Source of the DNA: Balanoglossus misakiensis
Lineage: Eukaryota; Animalia; Hemichordata
NCBI GenBank assembly: GCA_040954595.2
Contig: CM082596.2
Coordinates: forward strand, 1,393,854 to 1,457,853
Length of the DNA: 64,000 nt
Reading direction: 5' to 3'
The position numbers were made by a program, and so were the translations under genes. Below are positions 24,296 to 36,400 of the stretch, one piece after another. Positions within the stretch are counted from its first letter, which is position 1. The number at the start of each line of letters is the position of its first letter. The notes under the pieces are model-generated. The model had not been told where the DNA came from and did no database searches. It saw only the letters and a list, made by a program, of their open reading frames with translations.

Positions 24296-27200
24296 TCTGT
24301 TCCTCCCAGAATGCATTGCTTGGATTTGAAATTCCACTCTTATGGCTGCTTGATTAATAACCATGGAATTACATGTCTGGTTATCTACTATGACTGTTTC
24401 AAGCACTTAGGTAGCCCATAATGCATCACCATGGAAACTCCTCTGAGGTGACATTCTGGATTTTTCCAAATGCAGCTGTTGATTTTGTGCTCGAAGAAAT
24501 TAATACAACCTGTTGTTTCATAAGCAAATCCATGTATCTATGAAATGAGTTTGACATTCTTAATTTTATTTTTAAGTTTATGCAATATAATCTTGTGTTA
24601 TTGGGTGCTATTAAAAAAGATTCCTGCCAAATTATGTGTTTTAACTCACTGCAATATTTTAGTTTGAAAAGTCATAATGATAGTTACCGTACTCCAAACA
24701 CTCCTTGGAGTCAGAATGAGACTTGCAATGCTTTTAAAATTCAATGACGATGAATTTATTAAAAAATCCTGAAAGATTTTTAAAGTTTGATTTGTGACTG
24801 CCATATTGGACTTTTTTAAAGCGGATAAGGGGTATATCATGAGTGACATTTATCAAAACTATTATACTGCCGATATTTATGGTTATTGACGGAGTGTACC
24901 ATAGTACTGTTTGTGAACAAGTTTAGTAACCCCAGAAATGTATGTTTAAAGGTGTCCTTACACTAACAGATGAGGCCAACATACATATAAGCCACATAGT
25001 TCTAATTTGTCTCTTTGCAATATGATGAGATGTTCTAGTCCCATAGCAGAGTTTTTATAATAACGTTGGAGTAATGTGAAAAGGTCAAAGGTCATTTATA
25101 TACTGTACAATCTCCAGACTTATTAAACTGACTTCCAATGTCCACATACTATTACATTACAACACAGCCTGTACATATCATAGTATGGGTAATACAACAT
25201 GTAGTATTATTCTCCTGAAATCTAGCAGTTTTGTCTTAGAATGACTTTGTGATGACCAATCAGGTTTAAGTATTTATCACCATTGATGAAGCCTCTATTG
25301 TAATTCTATTAAATCCATCAGCACTCTCACAAGACATTTTATAAACAAATCGTGATCATTATTGGTGGTACAGGTGTGTTTAGGAGCAGACACCAATGTA
25401 GCCAAACTTTTTTATACCGTCCCACAATTGGATAATTTTTGTATATCTCCAGTCTTTGTGAAATCTAGCTTAATTTATAAATGATTTATATATTTGATTG
25501 TATATATATTTTCAGAAAATTGTATAAAGAGTGATGAATAAAAAGTGAAACTTGTACAGTATTATGAGTCTTTATCTTGAGGTAGTCTATCAAATAATGA
25601 GTTTACTATGGGGTACTAAAATCAATGACTGGTTTGAGGCGTTACTCCGACCTTTAACCTATGACCTCCAGGAAAATTGGGTCACTGGTGCTCACATGAA
25701 AGTCTAATGACCATGAAAATATTTGACAAAATAATCCCAGTTCAAAGAGATTGTTTTGATCCTAAAATTCCTGGAATTTTAAATGACTGAGACTTAGTGA
25801 ACCTTCCAAGTGAAATAATTCCACCTACCTTGTGATATAAAGCTGTAAAACCTGATGAAGTGTCGATGAATTTGCCCCTTGCTGCCTGGTCAACTGCTGA
25901 AGCATGACTGGAAAATTTATTCTCATGAAATAAATCATTCATGCTCCTAGTGTGCACCTGTATGCAAATTTGAGTTTCAGGAACTGGCCAATCAGCAGTC
26001 TTGTAGGACTGCTAATCAATTTGCATGTCTGACACCAGGAACCAGTAGCACTTCTAAGAAAATACACAGACACGACGGCACCCGTTTACTAATTAACCTG
26101 TTCATATTTAAATGTACAGCCACAATCAGAGGTTATTCCATTGCTGTGTTGGGGCTTTGATGCAGACACAGAAGGTTTCAAAATGTACGGTACATGTACA
26201 TGGGAATAAACGCACAACAACAATCTTCATACAATGTATATGCAGTTTTATTCTGTCACATACTGGGGGACTGTAGACCCAGACATTCAAACCAAACAAA
26301 CAAAAAATAAGAACTTAGATGGCATTTCTACATATTGCAAGTTGGTCAACTACAACATTTTCATATCTGTTTAAAATAAAATCATGGAATATACAATTTA
26401 TAGATATCAACACAGATTTTGAAGACGATTCTAAATCCTATGTTAACCCCAGCCCTTCAAGTCACAAATGATCATTTTGAGTAGCATACCACCCCTACAT
26501 GTAGACACCAATATACATTTCCAGCCAAGAAAAATACTATAGGAAGATTTCATTTTCTTATGATCCAGGGTGGAATGGAGGTGTTTGAATTTGTGAATAT
26601 GCATGATTTTGTTATTTACAATTCAATAGTCTCTCTTTACAGGGATACTTTCTGGAGAATTGTTCAAAAAATGTCTTCAAAAGAAAACCAGATCATGTCA
26701 TTACTATAAAGCTAAAAACATCTCAGTTAAGTAAAATTTTTGAGCTTTCACCTAAAGTCAAAATTAGTGAAATTCATTGTTCATATCAGAATTTCTGTGT
26801 GTCAAACTCTAACAGCACAAACTGAAATCCTTTCACAATTCAAAAACCAGGCAAGGAAATGAAAAGCGCAAGTCATTGGACTGGTGTCTGTAAATTGACA
26901 GTCAATACTTTTCTGATATTCAATATGGCACCATCATCACTATTTCCCACATTGACCACTGAGAGCAGCATCACAAGGTTTGTGTCACTGCACCGATATT
27001 CACTTGACTAAAACATTCAGGTTTAAATTTGTCTGGTCTTCTATATTTCTCTATATTTTCCATGCTGCATTAAAAGTAGAGTCAGTTTATCATCTGAACA
27101 CATCACTTATGGAGAATGATGCAATTCTAACAAGTATTCAACACTTTTTTAAAAGTTCTTCCACCACATGGCCCGGGCTGCTCATCACTGTATGGCTAAT

Positions 27201-27434
27201 AGCTGAATCTGTATCTACTCATAAAACAGTGATTCTCTTTATGGCACAAAACTCTGTTCCTTCAATATTATCAATATTATTTTAATATAATACTTCTTAT
27301 TTTCTTTCCCTCTGGTTATTCAATTATAATATATACAGTTTGGTTCGATAGCAAATGAAGAAACAGAGTTCTTTTCAAGAAACAATCCGATGTGATTTTG
27401 ATTTTTACCATTCATGGTTGCTTGGAGTCGCAGT

Positions 27435-30400
27435 CTAATCATGGATCTCTTCATGACTTGTATCCATCATTGGTGGTGGTGCATCCGGCATGGATGAGGC
27501 TGTACCTTGGGTCAGGTACCCGGCTACTCCAGGACCTGAGAAATGATTGACACATGTCATTACCCACTCAACTAACATCTGCATGCTGATATGGAAGATA
27601 CTAGTCACAGGTCAATGTTACGATAACTTGTCTGTCTACTCATATGCCATAGGACATTGGCATGGCAACTCTCATATCAGTCATAGGTCATTGCTATGGT
27701 AACTTACCTGTAAGGTAACCTGTGATATTGGTTTCTGTGATAAACAGATCGTGTTTCTGGTCTTTGTATGAACTCCATACTTCTGATTTTTCCAAGATGG
27801 CAGTAACCTGAAACAATAACAAAAGTAAACCCTTAACATAAAAGACTTTAAACAGTTGTCCATTCACTGTAACAGGATTACATGTGAACAACTACTCATG
27901 AATATTCATGTTAAGAAGCCATAGTCCTTGTGTGTGGCAGGACTACGGTATTTGCATATCAATATGTCCGCCGCGCCAGCAGCATCCAACTCACAGCATT
28001 TCTTCTACATTGCTAGTCTTGCTATCATGGTGTTTTTAAAATTATCTCATTTAGATCTTTTAATATCTGCACTGCTTCTGCAAGCGAATGATTCATTTTA
28101 CCTTCACAGCCCAGCGTACTTTGCAACTTGGCTGGCTGGGGCAGGATATTGATATGCAAATTTAAACATTTCCCACAATTCCACAGTGGTAGCCATACTC
28201 CAAAACTGAACATTTTTATTATTTTTGAACCCAGGATTGGATTTCATACACTATATCTTAATTTATCTCACATATTTAACCCTCAACACTATGTGTTATA
28301 TGGCTTAGCGTTCAAATAATTGCTGAAAATCCAAATTTCAATTTTGTAAGAGAGGTGGCGCCTGGCAGAACAAAACCACAAACAGAGTTTTGAAATGCCA
28401 GGTACATATACCAAGGCACCGCCATTTATCTGGTACTCTGGTTTTTCTGCAGCCCGCATAAATCTTTCGCCTTTTACTAAAGATTTCCGTGCAGAAGAAC
28501 AACTAATGAGTCTATAAAGGAATTTTTGCAAGCCCTGCTTAACGGCAGGGCAATATTGAAAACAAAAGTCAGAACCTGTATTTCTACAACCCACACAAAT
28601 CTTTGCCTTTTACAAAAGCGTTTTTTTACAAGTGAAGAAAGGAGAGAAGAAAAGTGGTTTTTGTCATCCATCCTATCGTGTGCTACCAACCACGGTTCTG
28701 TAAGTAGAAGAAAGGGGCTGATGCCGCCAACGGTCCACAAGGACCATTCAGTCCTGCTGAAGTTTAAGGAGGGGGGAGACCACGGTTGAGAAGGTTTTCG
28801 AGGAGTTGAGGAAGGCAGGTATCGATGTCCGTACCCACTTGCAAGCGGTCCAGCGGCTGCCGGGCAATGCGTTTGATGTAACATTTACGTCGCTGGCCTT
28901 CCGAAGGCTGTTTGAGGAGAAACTGCGCGCTAATGATGAGTTCGAGGTATCAGTCATGGAGGAGCATACAGTGGTCACGGCCCTGTACATCGACATTGGT
29001 CTGGACTACAATTATGTGCGCCACGTGCTCTCCCAGTACGGGGAGGTGGTGGCCTCTAGATTCTGTACCTTTCAGAAGGAGATGATTTTTAACGGCATGC
29101 GGCAGTACAGGATGAGGCTGAAGAAGAACATTCCCTCAGTGATACGTCTTGGAAACAGGAATGTGTGGTATTCTTACATGGGCCAGCCGAGGACCTGTAG
29201 CATATGTAACGAGGCCGGACATTTCTCACGTGAGTGTAAAACTATCCGTTGTTTTAAATGCCTCCAACTCGGCCATAGGGTGGAGGACTGCACGAATGCT
29301 GTCAAGTGCTCCATTTGTGGGGACGGGGGCCACGTTTTTCGGAACTGCCCCATATCCTTTGCGAGGAAGCTTTCCCTGTCTGCGAATTGGGAGGGTGGTG
29401 GGACTCTTCCCGGCGGCGTTTCCAGTGAAAGTGGGGCACCTGGGGATGCAGACAGCGTGCCTGGACCTGAACCACCTGTTGAACATGCGGCAGTCACCAC
29501 TGAGCAGCCGATTCCTGAGCCCCTGATCGAACACTCCGCGGACGCTGAGGTTGGCGAGCACCTGCCCGATCCCGACAACGAGAGCATGGATTTTATTAGC
29601 GCTTCGGACAAACGCAAACGCCCTGCCCAGGATAGTGATGACGACAAAGCAGAGGACAGCAAATTTGTGTGCATGGACCATGTTGTTAAATGTTCTATAC
29701 GTGGGGAAGAGGGTCATGTTTATAGGAACTGCTCCCTGTCTTTTGCGGACAGGCTTTCCCTGTCTGCAAATTGGGAGGGTGGTGGGCTTACCTGTTCACC
29801 AAATGTGAGACTTGTACACATGGCTTTCAATGACTTTACAATCTGAGCTTTGGTGGCAGCTGGGTTCTCCAGCATCTCCAGACCCGAATCTAAAAGCCTC
29901 AGAAGAATAGGAACCAGATCCACCTTCAATGCCTGCAGAAGAAAAAAGTAAAAACAAAAGAAGTGATGACTGTAGTCCATTCACTGGGAACAGTTATGCC
30001 TCTAAAAATGTTTTTCCACATCTTAGAAGATCTAGGCAATCAGAATGTAACCTACCTGAGCTACCAGGTCATCTTGTTCCTTTTGAAACATTTTATGAAG
30101 AGCTTCACAGGCCAGGCCAATCATGTCTCGTCGTATCTTCATACCCATAATCATCTGACCGACGCATTCTGTTTGCGCCATTGCACGTACACACACCTCA
30201 CTGTCTGCTATCTGGAACACAACTTGGATCGTAGATTTGGGAATGGCATCATTTCTCGAACTCATACAATGGAAGATCTTCGGTATATGTCCCAGTGGTG
30301 GAAGTTGATCTGCAAGCATTGGTTGAGCCATGAACAGTGACACCACTGCTGTTGTCACAGTTTCAAGAACTTCACCCTAGTAAGGAAAAATTCGAACAAC

Positions 30401-33400
30401 TGTTGACATTTAATCAGCAGAGAGATGTTTCACAGGAACGACAAAAATTACTCAAACACATACATATACATTTACACACATATACATAGAGACATACATA
30501 CACACAAAGATATACTACTTACAGATGGAGCTCTCATCTGTATCAAGTCCGAGTACTTCTGCATAAGCTCAATCATAAATTCCTTGGGTTTTCTGAGCAC
30601 CCAACTTGGTTGTCCAATAAATAATCTGAGATAGACATCGCCAATCATTAGTTCACCCTCCACATCTGTGTAGACCACAGCGAAATCTTCCGCTAATCTC
30701 CACTGGGCATCTGGGTCATCTTTCTGGATTTTGTAATGGCTGCAAATATGAGTGAAAAATTTATTAGTTGTTCTGATATTAAAATAAACTGCCTCAACCG
30801 TCCCTTGCATTATTCACTGTCTATACGAAATACTCTGAACTGGTAGAAGTAATCGGTTTTCTGATACTTACTCAATTTTCATTTGTCTGACAGTTGCTGA
30901 GACCTTCTCACGAGATTCATCATTCCATATCAACTCTGGGTTTTCATGGCTGCCTGTGATTGGATAACAATGGAGGGTAATAAGTCAGTTGTTCACCCAT
31001 CACAGGGTAATAATTGCCTCGCTTATTTAATGTTGAGCAAACATTGGTCAATATTAACTGATATTTACCTTCAAACATATGTACACTCGCTTCAGGACTG
31101 TCCCGCATTGCATCCATGAAGATATTTGGCAGAAATTTACTGAGCACAATGCGGACACGAGGACCAATCAGCTTATCCGCTGTCATCTTGGAAAACAAGT
31201 CTGCTGTCCTCTCCCTGACATTCGGATTGGTTGAATTGCAGAACATATCCAGCAGATATATGAGAGCACCTGTTGAAGCACGATATGCAAATGAAGTAAA
31301 TTTCCATACATTTGCATACATATTGTACAGCGCAAATGGATATGTATTGTACCATTAATTCCAAATACTTACCTTTAGCCATAGCTTCTTTGATGATCTT
31401 TGTGTTGGAAGAGAGTGCATGTAGTGTCTCTAGTACTGTTAACCGACCTGTCAAATGAAAATTTACAGTCACTATCTGGGACATAATAGTTGGTCACTTA
31501 TTTAAATTTATATCAAAGGTGCCTTTAAACAATATTCTGTCTTTTAACGAAGCTATTTCTGTTTACAATGCATGTCTTAATTAGCCACAGTCTTATAGAA
31601 CAGACAGTATATTTGATGGCCTTCTGAGGATGTGATGTGATCAAGCAATAGATAGAGATCTTACCTGCAGGCAGTGTCTGTAAAACCAAGAGCAAATAAA
31701 CCAAGACATTTGAGTCAGCTATGTTTGTCACACAGTCCTTATTTCCAGTGACACTGGCTATCACCTGGATGGAAAAGAAACACCAAAGACAAATCATTAA
31801 TCCAGAACAGACTCACCTTATGGAGTAGATGTTCTGTTGTATTTGAATGTGAATTCTGGATCGGGGATCTAGATTGTGATTTCTAATCAACTGACTCACC
31901 TCTAAGGCTAACTGCTGCACTTTGCCTGCTCCTTTCACTCTCAGCAGTGAGAAGAGCAACTTGAAATGTCCTATACACTGAACTTCACAACCTGCCAATC
32001 AAAGCAAACACAGGATATCAACTCTCTCTCTCTCTGATTGGCTGCTTGCAGTCATGTGACTCATTAGTGTTCAAATATATACAGGCAGTTGAATCAAGTA
32101 CTTCATATCAAGTAACTGACCAACTGACCTGGACTGTTTCTGATAACATTCCTCAAAGCTTCCAATGCCATTTCCACTTGATGTAGCCGTGTTTTCTGAG
32201 CTGGTGTTATTTTCTTGGCATCTAACCCACTGAGTTGCATTAGTGAGTGCAAATACTGAAATGAAAATACGGTTTGTTTATGGTCAGCACAAAGCATTTT
32301 AAGTTGCTACAAATTATGACTAAACTCTGCCCAAATAAGACCACAACAATCTCCAAAGACATCTCTGTCATATGTCCAAAAGATGCCAGACTGAACAAAA
32401 CTAATTTTAAAATAAAACTTGATACATACCTGAGCTTGGGATCCCAGGAAGTCTAAAAGCTTGACAGTAAAATCTTTAGAATCCTGTGAAAACAGAAAAT
32501 GTTATTCTCATCATTTCTATACATGTTGATGTGGACATGCAGGAATCTGGTGCACACTCTGGAGAATCTCCTGACGTGACGTCCAACAAAGAATAATCTG
32601 TGATAACAAGGAAGATATCAAACTTACCTCCAGGGGGAATGTGGGTTGTTCGTTGTAAACCCTCACAAATATTTCACCAACTACGAGCTCTTTGGCGTGG
32701 ATTGAAAACACAAAATTTGCACCGAAGGATGGATCACATTCACCCTGTCAGATGGAAATGGGATGAGATTAACAATCAAAGGTAGAGAAGTCAATATCTG
32801 TAATAATACACAACGACTGAGAGGAAAGTTTCAGAAGTGTATGACCACCACCACTCATCAACAACAACAGCAATCCAGAAAATTTAACTCACAGTTCTGA
32901 TTTTGTCTCTCTGTTCCTTCTCTAAGAACTCTGTCAGCTCAGCTCTGGTTGCATTGTCCCAGATCAGATATGGATTCTCTGTATTGCTGTTCAGGATCTT
33001 CAATACCTGTAGAATAGATGGTTACATGAGTTTAGATCTGATGACGTCCTGTCTGCTTTTTACCCACAATGCCTCTAAGCCAATATGGCCGCCTGCGATA
33101 AACAGTTTCCAATATGGCTGCCTTTTGAGGCATGAAAAGTCATATAAAGTAATTAATTGTTGAAAATGATGTAATATGATAACATAAACATGATAATGTA
33201 TATCATACTTGTAAGTATGAAGTGATGATCTTTTGACAAAATAATGGTAACTCATTCTAAGCGCAATATTTGGGCCATGTAGAATTACATCTTATAGTAT
33301 CTATACACTCTAACACAGAGTGCTTGGTAAGAGACAATTCAGCATGATTTCAAATGGTAGATCAACAGAGGTAACCTCTTATGTGAACCAACAAAGTCAA

Positions 33401-36400
33401 AAGATGATCACTTCATACATTCTACGAATCGTAAATATGACATTATATGATAAAACTAATATAAACTTGACAACATGCATGGAAATCTTATTATGTATTC
33501 AAAATATATTTTATGAAATAAACAAAAGCGTGATTCAAAATAATTCACTGGTCACTTCATAATATCAAATTAGAACTCATGTTTCAAATAAATATGATAA
33601 AATGGACAAATGGATGAATGACAAATGATCACTATTCTAATATGTTTACTAGGGTGCATATGGATGTAATTGATATGAAAGTTGTTTTGTTGACAATGAT
33701 CACAGAATACAAGTAGAAATATTGCCATTCATTGTTAGAAAATTACTTACATTATTCGTATGAAGTTTCACCTGATTTCGCTTTGCCATTAAAAAGTCAG
33801 TAGAACTTACATGAATACTTATCAATGATATGGAAATGTGTTCATAGTCATACTCATACACACAAATATGAAGATTGATTAGCATGGGACATTACTCTTG
33901 AAATTCAAAGAAGTACAGCTCTCTTATTTTACTTAGACACATAACAACAATGACACTGTCCCCTTTTCTATGAGGAAATCTTCTGAAATAAGTATGAAGG
34001 CTACAAACAGACTGGGGAACATGGGTTCGCATGTACATAACAGTTGGATGGGTTTGATGAATAACACCACTATACTTACATCATTTGGATTCTCAGCAGA
34101 CAACTGACGTGCTAAGTATGGAGTCAACATTGCAGAGAGTGGTTTCATCACCGCCGGATTATCCGGAGTTCGATCTACATCGCATAGATAACCTCCGAGT
34201 CTTGCCAGGGCGTGAAAACACAGTCGAGCCAGATTGTTGGCAACTTCCTGTGGTTTGATTTAGCATGGAAAAGAAAATATCACAAAAGTCAGGAAACATG
34301 TACTATCTCTTCTCAATTCTCACATCTACACCAATGACCATATTGCTTGTTATATCTCTCCTCCACTGACCTGTTTGTTAGTTCCTTCTTTCTTTTCTAC
34401 ACCAGACTCTTCCAGAGTATAGTCATAGTTGAAGAGATAGAGCATGAGATGCCAGATGATGCCAGCTTGCAAGAGATGATTCTGCAGGTAGTAATCAATG
34501 CTGAATGCACTCACACACTCTGCTGCCACTGAACACAGAACTGCAAGATTCTGTCAACAGGAAGAAATTAGACAATAGTTAAAAAATGGACTGTGTATCA
34601 GAAATGAAATTTTAAAAACTGGGGATAAAGCTAATGCTAAAGGTAGTGTAAGGTGAGATTACCTTGTAGTAGAGAGTTCTTGAAAGATCTTTGATGATGT
34701 TGGGCAGTTCGATGATTTTCTCACGACAAGCTCCAAACTGTGCTGCCACTGAATAACATTTGATAACATGTATACACACCTGGAATAAACAAACATCACA
34801 AAAAATTTGAGAGAAAAAACCCACATACTTCTGATGTGAATATCATCACAAAATAATCGGATATTAATCTGATAATCATTTGACCAATGATCTCAAGAGT
34901 GAGACAGATTTTTCTTACCTGTACTGCCATTTCTTCTGGAGTTGATGAGAGACTTAGCACAGCAACACACCTTGACAACGCATCAAGTAGCGTCTGTAGA
35001 GTAAAAGAAATACACACTGTAAAACAATGACCTTTAGAATACATCATTCCAAATGTATTTTCCAATACTTCAAAGTTAGGCCTGAAGAACAGCACATGAG
35101 ACCAACACACAGCTCTCCCTCACCTCAATGCCTCTCTCTCGTCTCAGTTCTTCTGCATTCAACGCTGAACAGTTCACTGTGTGGTAGGCCAACTCAGTGG
35201 CTGCAGCCAACAATGGCGCTGTCTTCGAGAACAAGGCTGAATCATTGGTCTCCATGGTGATAGTCTTGATCAGCATTGGATAGCCAGCATACTTGTATGG
35301 TTGAAGTTCTGTCAAAAAATAAGACAATGGATGCTTTAAAATTGACAACGAACTTTTGAGGGAAATACCCAAAAAATTTAATTTCAGAACATTCCTACTG
35401 ACCTTCTTTATATCTATTGAAGAGGATACTCTGTGCTTTCAATATCAGGACAATATTCTCTGGATCAGGTCCTTCCTTGTTGGTTTGCTTGCTGCACAGG
35501 AATTCATATGCTTTGTTGACTTTCTCAAACATTTCCTGAAAAGAATAGGAACAGTATCACTTTAAATTAACTGATGGCTTGCGACAGAAAATTTACGGTA
35601 ATCAATGTAATGTGAAAATGATATTTTTCACAAAAAGTTGGGAAGCTGACTTACTCTTCCATCAGGATTCTTATCAGGATGGTACTTCTGTGCAAGTCTG
35701 AAATAAGCCTTTCTGATATGACTTTCATCATACCTACAAAAAATAAAGATAGTGTGAATGATCATGTAGCAAAGATTTCTTCTTTTAATGGGCTTCTTTT
35801 GCTTCCCTCTCCCAGTCTCAATCTGAATCCAATTCTAACTTCACCCTGTTTACTAATCATGCCAGTATAAATCTGATTCCGATGCTAACTTCACAAGCTA
35901 GATCAACCAATAACACACTTACCCGCCCTCCTTCATATTCAGATTCAAAGTGGTATAAGCTTCTTCTACAGACATAGACGATGGTTTCTTTTCAACTTCC
36001 TTCTTCCATTCATCCAGAATGTCTTTCAGCAGTTTTACCTACAATTAAAGCATATAACCCTTTCTCAATCTCACTTACCAAGCTTTGTTTTCACTTGATT
36101 ACTTATCGAGTTCTGATTGGCCAGTTTAAGAATCTTTTGACATGTGATTACTTACCGGAGTCCTGATTGGCCAGTCAGGGAATTTGACTGTATCACAGAG
36201 ATGTCTCAGATAGTAGATGTTGCAGAAGAGTTCCTTCTCGAGTTGTGGGAATTGGATGGCTGGTACAGGACAGTATTGATACAAGGCTCTTGTGTTGCTC
36301 TGAAGACGAGGGCTGAAGTCAGCAATGTGAGCGGCTATTTTCTCAATCATCAGCCGTCTGAAGAGTGAAAAAAAGCAGGAATTGTACTTTTCACACACCT

